A stretch of 64,000 nucleotides of DNA from Lytechinus pictus (GCF_037042905.1 NC_087246.1:67394001-67458000), one strand, 5' to 3'. Counted from the first letter of the stretch, positions 50,364 to 64,000 are shown. Numbers and translations are program-made. Notes: generated by a model from the sequence alone, not told the origin.

Positions 50364-51575
50364 CTGTAAAGATAGATGCAAATTGTATTTTTTTTTTTAA
50401 TAATGCATACAATTCCGACATATTGGGTAAAACATAAAGCATTATTTTTAATGTTTTATGATTTTCCAATATGTTGGAACTGTGGAAAATGAGACGATGG
50501 GAGAGAAGGAGAAAGGGGAGAAAGATGCAAAATTAATTGAATACCTCATTGATTTATATATAATTTATATCATATTATTCATATCTATAATCTATATCAT
50601 ATATGAAAATATATAATTATGTACCATATACATCATACTTCTGTTCTTCCGCGGTATGCCCATTTCTCCAAACAAGTATACATTTGGCCATCTAATAGTA
50701 TTTCAAAATTATGATTATTCTGAAAACATTAACATAAAAATGAAGAATTGCATACTAGTAAGGCCTATGTGTCCTTATAAACAAATATTTTACCCCATTG
50801 CCCGGATGAAAAAACTGTTTCTTGCTTTGGCATAACATGACTATACTCTATCATTCTATCGCGGCGTTGTAGAATTCATTGAGTAAATTTACGAATTTGG
50901 AACTCACCCGATTGCACTGTTATGAAATAAAACAGGCTGCATAATACTACCAGTCTTGGGGTAGATAACAGCTTCACAGAAGCAAATAGATCCATACTTA
51001 TCATAAAAATATCCAAGAAATTCAGCATCTACGCCGGCCGAATACAGAAACTAGAACGATACAATGATGATTCACGAATGGAAATATATAGTACATTAAA
51101 TGTCACGAATAGAGAGAGGGGGGGGGGGGAGATGTCTCCGCGATGTCACTGGCTACTTTCTGTTGACATTTCCCTACATTAGCATTTCCGACTACGTCTA
51201 GCAGAAATTAATGATTAACTATATTGGATATCAAAATCAGGCCCCAAGAAGAGTCCAACGGTCTAGCCAAAATACTGACGATGAAATGCGTGTTTGCAGT
51301 TCATAGTTCAAGTCTTGTTTAATCACGTTAATCGACGTTTTTATAAAAATAGATTTTTTTTTTTCTTGGAGCAAAGACGTATACTGTCAAAATGGTCAAT
51401 AATTATGAGGGGACTAAATGTATGTAGAAATGTAAAAATATTTCAAATTATGCGGTTAATGATGACGTTGAATATCTCAGTGACGTCATTTCACATATTC
51501 TTTTCTTTTACTGTTTGCTGTTTCACGAATTCGAAGTGAAGTCATACTATACATGACTATATATTCACATCGAAC

Positions 51576-52378
51576 CACTGGCGTATATATCCGGTCCGAG
51601 CAGTGGGGGGGGGGGGGGGGGGGGGTGATCGCAATATATTGACAAGAAATTTCAAAATTTCGGGGACACCAAAAACACTGGGGTATATAACCGTGTACAT
51701 AATACTACCATCATTCAGTTAAAGGCCTGTCACGAATGTTTTTTTTTTCGATGGCTGTATTGTAATGATTTTGTTGGAGATATTAACTAGTAAATGCAGT
51801 TTATATTAATATGCGAGCGAGCGAAGCGAGTGGGCAAATTTTTTGTAGTTATAAGACAGAATGGTGTCCGAAAACGTCTTTCAAGTGGGCAATTATCACA
51901 TCAAGGGCTATTATTTTTTCCTGGGATATTACAACCTATTATAATCTATCCCTTTTGGTGATGACAGTTGCAAGCTTATTTCCATTTTTCCGATGGCTAT
52001 GGTAACGGTTTTGTTGTGATATCAACTACTGAATTACAGTTAATATCCTAATGCGAGAGAGCGAGCAACTTTTTAGTATATGGAAGACAGAATGATGTAA
52101 AAAACGTAAAGGGATGTAAAATAAGGGGAGAATTGCCAGACCGTAACAGACGCGGGAGCGGAGCGACTGCTTGAGAAATTTTGCACTTTTAGACTGCAAA
52201 ATTAGGCGAATTCAAGAATACCAGTAGTATTTATCATTTGATAATTAAAAAAAGCTATCGTTTCTGTCTTAAAAAGTGTGTGTGTGTGTGTGTGTGTGTG
52301 GGGGGGGGTGATTGTACATGCCGCCCCCTCTCCGAAAATAAACGATATATCCCCCCCCCCCCAGGATTTACGCCCGTG
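51576..52378. mobile_element. hAT-like non-autonomous element with degenerate 8-bp TSD
   Basis: catcgaac-CACTGGCGTATAT...ATTTACGCCCGTG-cagtgaac; G/C homopolymer subterminals. Confidence 0.55.
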
Positions 52379-52879
52379 CAGTGAACATCGTGAACAATCT
52401 TTCTTTTAAGGAACTGGATGGATAATGGTTTTAATATCTACTAATAAAGGTTGGCAATCGACAACTTATCAACAATATACTTTCGGTACTGTTCTAAACA
52501 ACCTTGGGTTAAAATGTGAACCTATTGTACCATTGTCTATTAATACAAAATTGCATGCAAGATGAACATACCATAAATAACATATTTTTTAACAGTTAGT
52601 GGATTGATATGTTAAAAACTTTGAGTAGGTTAAACGAGGGCAAGAGTGTAACTCAGTCTCGTTTATGTTATTATTATACGCAAACGTCTTATAACCTATG
52701 AGCCTAAAAGTAAATAAATAAAAATATAAATTGTAATATGATCCTTTAATTAGTTGTGAACTAATCTATTTACTTAAAGCCCCCTTAATAACCTTTCTTT
52801 TAACCTTCACTATCACAAGCTAAATATAATTTTCAATCATTCTCCACTCAATTTTGTTTGATAATGAAATAATAATTTG

Positions 52880-53050
52880 CACAGTATATATAGCGGGTCA
52901 CTGACGTCTTATTTTTTCAAACTCTGTGGAAGAGGATTCCACAGGTTCAGCTTGCACGATCAAAGGCCCGTCCTCCCCCAATGGTTTCTCTGAAACCGGA
53001 ACTTATATAAGATTATACGTTGAGGATCTAAGTTTCGTGAGGGTTTGTAC
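52880..53050 (-). mobile_element. Degenerate 3' fragment of an L2/CR1-group LINE
   Basis: Minus-strand translation with stops RNLRSS..LI*VP..LG...LWNPLP.SL resembles the L2-type ORF2 C-terminus (LRS..L.VP..G...LWN.LP). Confidence 0.4.
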
Positions 53051-55309
53051 TCTTTTAAAGCAAACGAGCTAAATCACGCTCCTCCAAGAGTGAGATGAGG
53101 GACAGATCCCTTTGGAGTGAACTGTACTTCCTTATAGAGTGAATTATAGCTCCTTCTGGAGTAAACTGTGCATCTTCTTAGACACTTTCTAGACAGAAAG
53201 ATGTAAAATACACTCTAGAAAGATGCAAAGCTCACTCGAAAATGAGTGAGTTCGTCTCACTTTGAGAAGAGGTACTAATTAGGTACTAGATTAGCTCTTC
53301 TGCACTTAATTATGAATCAACGATTCGTTTTAAATTGGGAAAGTTTACCTTTAAATAAAATGTCACAGCTAAAAATGGTAAATGTAAATCTTTGAGATTA
53401 AGACATATTCATCGCAATCTCCTTGAATCCGGAATTCGACTGGGCACTACAGCACTCAAACTTATTTTGCTTTTGATTTATACATTAGAGTGTTTTAATA
53501 CAATAAAACTCAGATAAAATGCGCGTCGTATCTATATCATCATGATTCAAAATGAATGGAGGTAAAAAAAACATAGCTCCATTGATACATATACATATAC
53601 ACATGTGATACTTTTTTTATCCAAGTTTTGAGTAACCATTGTAACAAGTTTTATTCAACAGCCCTAGAAAGCTACTACTATAATTATCAATGGGAAGGAG
53701 GGAAAATAGGAATATAATTTGTATTATGTGAAACACCAATTAATACATAACGCTTGATTTTAATAATACAATATATATATTTTATTGTTTAACGAGACAT
53801 ATTAGAAGTTGATAAAAAATGTATTTACATAACAAAATGTGGTGACGATACAGATTAATCTAATCCAGTGAATTGAGAGTTTATAAGCAACGAAGCAACA
53901 CAATATAAGACCATTCACTGACACAAGGCGTGATTTGAAGAAATATATACCCGAATAATTTTAGTCGCAAATACCCATCATTTTTTTCCAACACACGTGC
54001 AAAGAAAACACACATTAACCATGTTTTATCAGCATTCCATACAACGGATTACTTAGTTTTGCCTCTTTTATCGGGGAAACACTGAGGTGATTAATCATAA
54101 AGTCATTTATACTTTCTTCTCCATTCACCACTGAATTTGCATTTATTTGCCTTAGTATTAGTCAGGGGAGAGGTTTTTATGTTTATTAAAGTAACACCCT
54201 TGCATATAAATACTAATAGATACTAATGATGGTAAGTATAACAGTAAAAATACAAATGATTCATATCATACATACGGCACAGGGTTAACATCAGTTACAA
54301 TTTGATTTCAAATTACTCCAGTTAAAACAACCCATCGAAATGGAGGATAAATAAGATCTAAGCATCACATTGACGTTGAATATAATACCATAAAATCTTC
54401 TGAAATCTTTGGCAAAGTGCATTTAAAGCTTCTTCAATCTTAGGTTATAAATTATTTAAAAGGCAACAATGGATACATAAAAGACAAAAATAATTACCGT
54501 CCTGACCACCGCCCACTCCTTTGCGCTCCAGCAGGCAATACAGTAAACCTGCAGGGACTATGCATGTATGGCAAACAATAAATTGCGCCATCAAACTTCA
54601 ATGGCATGCCAAAACGTTTTCCCCCTTAATTATTTGTAAGAAGAAATATGAAATCTTATAAGAATATGTGAAAATCGAGGAACGGTATCCCTGCAGTCAG
54701 ATAGCGGTGAATAAAAAATAATCGACAGAACAACAAAAAATACTATTTTCTTCCAATCGCTGTAAGTTTTCATTTATTCTTACATATGACTTCAATAATC
54801 AGATTGCCCATTGATATCATTTCTATTTTGGAAATGCAATCATCTAAGAATAAAGAGTTGTCCTTCCATTTGTATGAAACTTAACACCGCATCACCACAG
54901 GGGGAACATTCTACAACATTAACAGTCCAGGCCAACCTAATGCAGGGCTATCTTAGCTTTGCAAATTATTACGTGAAATGTAAATTTAAAAAAAATTACT
55001 CTAGTAAATGAAGAGGCTTTAATAGGAGGAAATTATAATTTGTAAACAATTATTTAAAAGTAAAATAACTCTATGAAAGGCATCAGCAGGGAAACAGAAT
55101 CAAAGTACTTCGAAAATATTTTTAAAGGTAATTTTTCTATTACAGGATTCTGGATTTGCCTAATTAAGCAGACATCTACTCTTGTCTGAAAAACAGCATT
55201 GTACTGATTCCCACACTAGCATGCTAATTGACTCGTTCAACCTATTTTCAAAGGGGTAATGATATACAAAATGACATTTACCTAATTAAAACAGTAAAGG
55301 TGACAATTA

Positions 55310-55676
55310 TGATATTGACGACTATGATAACGACGATGGTGATGATGATGATATGGTAGTGGTGGTGGTGGTGGTGGTGGTGATGATGATGATGATGATG
55401 ATGAAAGTGATGACAATGATAATGATGATTATGATGATGAATATTATAGTAATGACAATGATAATGATGGTTATGATGATGATGATGATAGTAATGACAA
55501 TGATAATGATGATTTTAATGATGATAGTGATGATGATGATGTGGTAGTGGTGGTGATGATGATGATAGTGATGACAATGATGATTTTAATGATGATGGTG
55601 GTGATGATTATGATGAAGATAACAACGATCATGATGATAATATTGAAATTGATAATCATGATGATGGGATGACGAT
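55310..55676. repeat. Imperfect (GAT)n/(GGT)n trinucleotide microsatellite
   Basis: Long atgatgatg/gtggtg tract; explains the poly-M and poly-I ORFs. Confidence 0.92.
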
Positions 55677-57122
55677 AAATTATGTTTGAACACGCTTAAT
55701 AACCCTTAATAAAACAAGTTTTTATAGCATCAAACAAAAGTGAGTAAAACAAAACATCCCATCTTCAGTAAGCTCTTCACCAAAAGAATGCTTGATCTCA
55801 AGCTATAACTAAAAGACATGTAAGGATACACTCTAAAAATCAAGGATTTAAAATAGATCAAGATCGGCTGTGGATAGTGACCAGCCGAATGTTGGATTTA
55901 TTTTAAATCTTTAGGATTAACTTTCAAATCTCAAAAGATACATCATAATATTTCCCTTGGTTTGGAGTCGGTTTCATTGGTGCAACTCAAGCAAAACTAC
56001 AAAGTATAAACATATGAACACAATGCAAATAAATTAGATATATAACAGGTAGATGAAACGCTTAGTCAGATAGAAATAAATATCACGTTATAGCTCGTCA
56101 ATATTGGTGAACTGACTATGAATAAATAGAAACTTTATCGTAAATAAAATACGTGTAGGTAGTTATAGAAATGAATCATTGCGAAAATTGGAGACATCAT
56201 TATTACAACAGAAACTTTTTTTTTAATGTTCAGTAAAATACGAATATACAAAAAAATAATCTTCTCCACTCTTATTCTATTTTTTTTTCTTTTGTACAAC
56301 AAAAATTCATTGTGAGCTCAGAGCATGGCCGTACACATTTTATTTTTACCTAGGGAAGAAAAAAAAACAGCTGAAATGTTAAAGAACATACACTGACATG
56401 TGCAATTTGGAAACGATGGCTACCAATGTGATCAGAAAAGTTCCGTTTTTTAATTTACAAATTGAAATTTGGTGCACACTTGAGATAAATTTGTATGAAA
56501 AATTGAAATAAAAATGTAGGTTTTGGAAATTTAAGAAGACGCGGTAATTTTCTCTGGCCTTGTCATACAGCCATGGAGTTGAGTCAAGTGCAGAATTGTG
56601 ACATTTATACCCCCAAAATCCCTCCGATGCCCTGAAATTTCCAATCACTGATTTTCAGCATGGAGTCTGACCAGAGTCAAAATCCTCGAACCGTCAAGAA
56701 GATGTCTTTATCTATCCCTGAAGTACTGTAAATGGCAGTGAGCCACTTCCCAAATCCCTTCCATTTCAAAGACCTTCCATAGTATTGGGTTATTTTAAGC
56801 GATCCATTGCGACGATTTTACGATTTGGCTTGGAACTATAATTTTTCGGTAGCGACAACATCTACCGTATTCTCTTCACCTAAAGCCGATTTAAGCGAAT
56901 CTGGGAACAAGATCTTTCGCATAGGTGGACAGAAATTCTCTGTTCAATCTTCTTCGATCGTTTCCCACTTCCGGAAGGTGATTACAAGCGAATCTGGCAA
57001 AGTTATCTCTTATGTGGCTTAAAAGAGTCTCGTTATCAGCTCTTTCCACCTACATCCCTGACGCTCATTTGAAGTGTGTTTGGTCACAAGGATGGTAAGC
57101 CCGACATGATCATCAGGCTCTT

Positions 57123-57233
57123 TCATCTATCCCTGAAGCTGATTTTAAGAGGTGAGCCTGGTACAAGGATACCCCGGATAGCAGGGAAGACCTCTTCTGT
57201 GCCGTGGTATCGTAGCTTGAAAGATTTAGATAT
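57123..57233 (-). CDS. Cytochrome P450, last exon
   Basis: gtgtttgcag|ATA TCT; ISKSFKLRYHGTEEVFPAIRGILVPGSPLKISFRDR*. Confidence 0.85.
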   Translation of the reverse strand: MSKSFKLRYHGTEEVFPAIRGILVPGSPLKISFRDR

Positions 57234-57641
57234 CTGCAAACACAAGGGAAAGAGTCGGATGTTTATTTGTAGATGCAATAATTAAAAAGCAGGATGACTC
57301 CACAATGGAGGCATAATTTTACGCAATGAAATAACGTTGTCGATCTGAAAAAGAAACAAGTGGTGTGTACGGCTAAAATTCAAATGGTGCTTACCTCGAT
57401 GTTATATGTGGTATTTATACAGTTAATTTTTCCTCCACCAAAGTGCATAACATGATCATGTAGCATTTTTTAAATTAACGACTAAATCAATCAAATAAAG
57501 GTAACCATAATGTAACTAACGATACAAATATTTGATCAACAACTCATTGATAATTTATGATGCGATCAATAATCATTCAAACTTTACTCATGAGTTTGGG
57601 CTAGAATATCCTGATTTTAAAACTTTAAAATGTTCACTTAC

Positions 57642-57860
57642 CCTTGCTAGTGCTAAATGCATCTCCAACTCGGCAAGCCTTCTACCGATACACATCCTGG
57701 GTCCAAACCCAAATGGTAAGGAAGAGAAAGATGACACTCTCCCATCAGCTTGGTTCTCCTCACCGCTATTCCTCAGCCATCGATCGGGTAAGAATGTATG
57801 AGGGTCGGGGTAGATCTCGGGGTCTCGTCCCATCACGTACTGAAGAGATCCAATCATGGT
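57642..57860 (-). CDS. Cytochrome P450, PERF-like and heme-binding exon
   Basis: ctgctccag|ACC ATG...GCA AGG|gtaagt; FLPDRW and LPFGFGPRMCIGRRLAELE (FxxGxRxCxG; GRRLAELE typical of the mitochondrial clan). Confidence 0.95.
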
Positions 57861-58118
57861 CTGGAGCAGAATGAGGAATCAGCGTCAAAATGGTTGGTGA
57901 GTATAAATCCAAACATGTAAACGATTCAGAACTAAACTGTAAAATGAATATATCAGGCCATAGTAGTAACATAGTCACATAGTAACAAAATCTCACTTAT
58001 TATATCAAATTGAAAATTGGGACTGAGTAAAAGTTAATGTGAATTCCAGCAAATACATATACTCTGGACTAACCGGGGTAAGACAGTGTAATTATATGAA
58101 AGTCCTTTGAAAGCGGAT

Positions 58119-58267
58119 NNNNNNNNNNNNNNNNNNNNNNNNNNNNNNNNNNNNNNNNNNNNNNNNNNNNNNNNNNNNNNNNNNNNNNNNNNNNNNNNNN
58201 NNNNNNNNNNNNNNNNNNNNNNNNNNNNNNNNNNNNNNNNNNNNNNNNNNNNNNNNNNNNNNNNNNN
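58119..58267. other. Assembly gap (149 N) inside a P450 intron
   Basis: Run of N; the flanking exons join in frame (IPKG|TMIG), so no coding exon needs to lie in the gap. Confidence 0.97.
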
Positions 58268-58649
58268 TATCATTACACATCCATAAACATGATACCCCCA
58301 AAGTATCTTTTTTTTTTTTTTTTTTTGCAGGTGTTTCTGCATTTATTGAAAATTCAATATATGAAACACAGTTATCATAATGAATATAAAGAAATACAAA
58401 AATAAATGTAATAATTACAAATTGCGACGATTACATAATAGAAGAATAATTTACATAGATATACATGTAAGCAATAATATATAAAATAAAATGCAGTGGC
58501 TGCAAATTATTCAAAACTTGTTGGGATCTAATTTCATATTCTCCAACGTTAGAGCCAATAACAAATCCGGCATGTTTTGCGGGGACTTTGGGGGAATTAC
58601 CTGATTATAACAAGCATTAATGACCATTGTGGTGTTCATATTTGCTTAC

Positions 58650-58728
58650 CCCTTTTGGTATGTGATATCCGCCTATCGCTACGTCTTTATCCAACACTCG
58701 GTTGTTGGCAGGAACTACAGGATACAAC
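58650..58728 (-). CDS. Cytochrome P450, 79-nt exon
   Basis: tttttctag|G TTG TAT...AAA GGG|gtaagc; LYPVVPANNRVLDKDVAIGGYHIPKG; phase 2 to 0. Confidence 0.9.
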
Positions 58729-59939
58729 CTAGAAAAAGGGTAAAACAAATAAAATGCAGGCTATATAAACAAAAAATCTTGATGCAAAGTTTAACTTTTG
58801 TGATAAAGATTTTACATTAAAATTCAGAGACATACTGGAGATGTATACGAAGATACCTAAATCCCATTTTGGTACAACTACATGAACGTTGATCGATTTC
58901 TTTAAGGAGCATGGTTAATTCATCACTCGTTCTTTTTAAGAGAAGGTATACCCTCACTCTCTTAATATAGGTCTGCTGCCCCACTTTTTAATGACTTTAT
59001 AGTAAATGATTTGAAAGTGGGCGGTATCCCTTTCACATCAAAATCACGGCCACACGTTGCATGACAAAATGCTGCAATTAAGAAATGTCAATTACAAAAA
59101 AGAAACGATTGGTATTGATAGATAGGATAATATACAAGAATATACACAATAATAGGCAACACGACACTTGTATTAAAAAGGAATCGCGCCCTCTAAATTT
59201 CATAATGTATACAGCGTTGAATTTAGACTGATTACTCTTCTTTCATTTTGGTTGGTTCACCCTCTATCGATAACTTAACATCATATTCCAAGGACGCAGT
59301 GGCTTGGATAACAATGCAACCAAATGCATAATGTCCTTCTGCAAAAGCGGAATAGCAAACGAATTTTGTCTTAATGTTTTTCATGACTTTATAATTGTAA
59401 CTTCAACCCTGGTTTTAATACTATACCCTACCATAGACCTATCCTTAAACCCAACATAAAACCGCCTTGCAACCCACCTCTTACCCCGACATCTTAGACG
59501 AAATAAGCCTGGAGCAATTGTTGCAGGAGCAAATAACTTATCAGCCTTCCCATAAAGTCACTTGTGCAACACTGATGTCACCTGCACTCACCCACTTGCA
59601 CTTATTTCTCCCCAACAAGTTTCTAATTATCAATAATTTATATTTCGTGACATCAATATCTTTGTTAAAATATATTTCATCACGGTTTGCATGTAGCCCT
59701 CTAACCTGCCAGCTATTGCTTCAGCTTATAATAGCTGGCCCCTTGTATTTTACACAATTTACTATATTACACACTATACTTATCCTATTATCAGTCTTTA
59801 TCATCAGAATTATTCATCTCTTTATTGTCACATTTTAAATATATTAATATATATCAGTTATTACATGAAGATGTTAATTTATCATTGATCAATGAATAAA
59901 ATGCAGAAACTCCTGCAAAAAAAGTGTGACTTCTCTGAC

Positions 59940-60112
59940 CTCAGTGTTTCTTTGATGACCCCTTTCAATAGTGGCATACACTGAAGATCATCATGCTCTG
60001 GGATACATCTGTCCTTTTTGGCAAGGGCGCCCTCAATTTCTTTGGCCAGTCTCTCCTGGGTGTCTGGGTGACGAGATAGTTCATACAAAGCCCATGCCAG
60101 CGTATTCGACGT
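59940..60112 (-). CDS. Cytochrome P450, mitochondrial clan (CYP27/CYP24-like), I-helix end to K-helix exon; 5' exons not found in window
   Basis: attacag|ACG TCG...CTG AG|gtcaga; TSNTLAWALYELSRHPDTQERL...MPLLKGVIKETLR (ExxR motif). Confidence 0.9.
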
Positions 60113-60115
60113 CTG

Positions 60116-60172
60116 TAATAATAATAATAATAATAATGATAATAATGTAATAATAATAATAATAATAATAAA
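60116..60172. repeat. (AAT)n microsatellite abutting a P450 splice acceptor
   Basis: taataataat run directly adjacent to the acceptor at 60113-60114. Confidence 0.85.
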
Positions 60173-63100
60173 TGTATATACATTTAAAATATTTAGATAA
60201 AGATGATCGAGAGTCACAAATAAAGTGTATACCTCAATCAAGGTGAATATTCAAAATAAGAATAAGTATCATCTCCATTCGTAGCAAATCGAGGGAGTAT
60301 AAAACGCTTGACACCGAAGATGAAATGCTGAGAAACAAGAAAAGTGGGATTGAACAGTAAAATTTACAAAATGGATGAAGAAAAGAATCTTTTGTGGAAA
60401 TCTTATTTCGATATACTTCTCAAATGTAGGGTCAGTTCTATAGCAGGTCGATCACTAAATGCTACAATTATTTACATGGGTGGACTTTTCATCAGACAGT
60501 TTTGCGAGATCAAAATCACACTAAATTCATTACTGTAGAGCGATTAAAGCAGGCACGGTTCTAGACAAAAAAAATGATGGGGCTGCTGGGGGCTTCAGAA
60601 ATGTTCGACGTTGGTTTATTTAATACGTTGGTTTATTATTTTATTCAATGGTCTATCGTGGGCAGCATATGTGTATGTGGGCGACTATTCTGATCTGACC
60701 AAGAAACTAATTCCCCGCCCCCTGGCCCGAAAATGTTTATATTATGTGAGGAAGCATAGCGACCGAACCAAACAAAATCACATAATAAATGCTTGAGAAT
60801 GTTTTTAATTAACCATTTCATCTACATGTGTAACACAAATTCGGGCAGATGAGGGCTTGAGATTTCACTTCACGATAAGGGGACAAGAATTAAAAAGGGG
60901 GCTTGCGTTCTTAATCTTTCCGGGCATTTCATTTAGTTACACGGAAGTGAGCAAAGTAAACGGGCGAAAAATTCCTAGTTTCAAGAGCGATCTTTTCAAA
61001 ACTTCAAAACGTAATATAAGGTATAATCATGATGATAGAATATGGCAGGAAATGTCAATGGTATCAATCCTCTTTAAATTTTACGAGCGAACGTGGTGAC
61101 CGGGTTAAAAAAAAAATCGAAATTAAACCTAGCATGATGCACTTTATAATGAACATGCAAATAATTCTACATCTTTCAATTTCTGAATGGGATACTCGAC
61201 ATGCAAAATAGCGAGAAAAGAACACAACCCGGGATTACCGACCAGTAAAAAACGTGTTATTAGTCGACATAATAGAATATTGTAGGGGATTCGAGTCAAA
61301 TCACTCTAAACAGAGGCATCGATCCTGGGGAGCAGGGGCGATCGCCCCATTAAAAAAAATATTGGGGGATAAACATATCGATTTGCTCGCCCATCTTAGT
61401 TTGACGTCTTGAAAAATTGATAGTATTCAATGCAAAACATGTTTGAAAAAGCATCGAAAAGCACTATCAAACCATTATCATGATTATACTTGACATTAAA
61501 TTTACTATCAATATTAAGAATACAAATTTGTCAAGTTTTCGGCGCTCTTCATGTGCTAATTCCTGTGTTAAAATATATTTGGAAATTTTTTCACGCTCCC
61601 ATTCGAAAATAAATCGATATTCAAATTCTAATTCAGATTTTTAATTTCCATAAGAACTTGAAAAAAAAAAAGAATAATGCTAAAATAATTTATTACATTT
61701 ACAACAAACTGACTATAAACTATATGTTTCAAATAAAGAGAGAAGATAGATATCAAAGCTTTTTCACAAAGAGAAAATCCTAAAGATCAACGAAATTTCA
61801 GAGTGTTTTAGACAAATCTAGAGAACAAAATTTGAATTTCACGGCATTAGTATTCATGTTGGACGAATTACGGAGATCAATTTGGAATTGGCATTCTATA
61901 TTGAATTGCAGGGGATCATTGACTTGCTATACTCGAACTTTAAGACGTATTTTTGTAAGGGAGTGCGTTGCGACCGAGCGGGAAAATTTTCGAATTAAAA
62001 AAAAAAATAATAATAATAATTTTAGAGCATTGACGAAATGAACATGATGAATGGAATACTGTCATATTCAATTCATGCATATAGGATCTACATTATATTT
62101 TTTCTGTGTGGTCGATTATTATTAACGGGGGGGGGGGGCTTGAGCGATTTTTTTTTGGGGGGGAGCTTTAGTCCCCAAGCTCCCCCTAGAAACGCCACTG
62201 GCTTAAAGACTTCTGATAAAGTAGGCCTAAGTTTCACGTGCAATGCTATGTAAGCAATTATTATTATGATTATATCAAGACATTGTAGTTATTGAGAACA
62301 ATCTTGGTGTAAAAAGGTTTCCTTGAGAAACACCAAAACAATCATATCATACGCTGTCACGTTTACTTTGAATTTAGCTGGCGACAAGTCAAAGTACGCA
62401 CGTTGGTAATGTATTGATATGCAAACATAGTAAGCTGCCTCGGAATAAACAGCTGAAGAAAGTCACGATTCCCGAGATTTTCGAATTCATTATCAGATAT
62501 TTCAGAAGATCAATCTTTTTTTTTCTCCAAACACTAAAAAGGGGAATGGCTTTGGCAAGGGAAACCTCAACCTGGCTGGAATAAATCAGCTGCTGTTAAT
62601 TTGTTGATCACAGATGGACACCCAAATACGCTTCCTCACTAAAACACACTTCCGACGTTGATTACCAGTGACTTATCGAGCTTGCAAGTACGCACGGTTT
62701 TAAACCACGAAAGATTGGCAAACTTAAGTTAACATAACTTATACGGCGGTAAAAGCTTTACTTTGAGATGAGGGCGTCTGGGGGTATTTAATCTCAAAAT
62801 CCCTTGAATGTTACGAATAGCAGTTCATTATACATTATTTGAGGTTACAAGCTCATCATCATAATGAATGGGGGAGAGGGGATGACTGGGTGGGGGTATT
62901 AGGGAGGGGCGATAAAAAGAAAGGGGGAGGGAGGATAGGTGGGAGAGAGAGAGAGAGGGACAGGGAGAAAGGTAGAGATTGGGAATATGTAAATGGAGCA
63001 CTGACTTTAAATTTGTTCAGATTTTTAAATCCAAAATGTCAAAGCCACTGTGATTAGTTTCATTTCATTTCATTTCATATGGATGTATTTTTATGATTAT

Positions 63101-64000
63101 GTATGTATTATGTTTTATGTATTATGTATTACGTACTATGTGCGCTTATGAATGTTATTTTGGGCCATCCAAAGAAGCCTGATGAGCTTTCATTTGGTCC
63201 ACCACTATTTTAAAATGTATTTGTATATTGCTTTGTATATATTTTAATTATGTGGAAATAAATGAAATCAATGAAATTAAATAGTATCAGTCCAATACCT
63301 AGTTATTCGTTTAATACCAAAGAAAAAGCATCCTGATTCATTTGTACTCAATCTACAATTCTTTTCATTTGACTCCTTCAAAAAATAGACACATAAGAAA
63401 TAAAACATACAAAAGAACGGGGAAAAAAAGAAGAAACAAACATCATCCACAACAACTGCCCATTGAGCGATGGGAATGGAATAGTCATAGAGGGATTACA
63501 GATGCTGTCATCATCAAGGAAAGTCATACAGTATAACCAAAACGTCTGGAAAAGATTTCCTTATTACCAGGTGACACAAAGCAAAGGATTGGAAAGTCGC
63601 TTCGAATGCCTGCCTTTAATTCCGGTAGAGGAAGTGCAAATTGAGGGGGTAATGCTTTGTTGAAATGGCCAGAAATTGGATGGATTGGTTAGGAGGGATA
63701 GAGTGCATCTCCATGCCTCGTTCGGTTGAAGACAACCTGGAAGTGATAGGCGTAATTAGATTTATGCAACAACTTTCCCTCAACTGCAATTGCAGTTAGA
63801 CCTGAATTTGGCAAGTCATCTTAAAGAGCGATGTAAAGACTCACAATGACCAGGCTACCCTACTTAGTTGGGAAAATGGGAATGAAATCGCCTCATGTGA
63901 TCTAAAACTATTTTATGGTATTTTCATCAAGTACGTGCTGTCTTTTCATGGGCACTCATCCCGGTAGACGATATGTCAGGCAAGACATATTTTGGTATTA

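Noticed and set aside
55353-55659. Poly-Met and poly-Ile ORFs
   Set aside because: Translation of a (GAT)n microsatellite.
60113-64000. Upstream P450 exons
   Set aside because: No exon ending in the expected AGxDT I-helix sequence was found by eye; it probably lies beyond the window.

Overview
AT-rich, intron- and repeat-rich animal genomic DNA, not prokaryotic. Gene content and repeats suggest an invertebrate deuterostome, most likely a sea urchin (inference). Four spliced genes were assembled by hand, with GT-AG junctions and consistent phases. (1) Minus strand: a stand-alone secreted avidin-family gene with 5 coding exons (12969 to 8701, 217 aa), two of them absent from the ORF track. (2) Plus strand: a class B/Methuselah-like 7TM GPCR with a somatomedin-B-like domain and Cys-rich repeats but no GAIN/GPS (3 exons, 21232-29959, 871 aa). 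(3) Minus strand: a type I membrane scavenger receptor with six SRCR domains and a tail carrying two PPxY motifs (50363 to 36714; first exon unresolved). (4) Minus strand: the last four exons of a mitochondrial-clan cytochrome P450 (60112 to 57123). The rest is non-autonomous DNA transposons (TTAA-flanked Kolobok-like, CAC..GTG, Harbinger-, hAT-, Mutator- and Tc1-like), tRNA-derived SINEs, a foldback minisatellite, microsatellites and one 149-N gap. The best novelty candidate is the avidin: it has the extra cysteines of the fibropellin avidin-like domain but keeps most biotin-pocket residues, plus a His-rich N-terminal and a C-terminal extension. Family assignments rest on recalled motifs; no database search was run.
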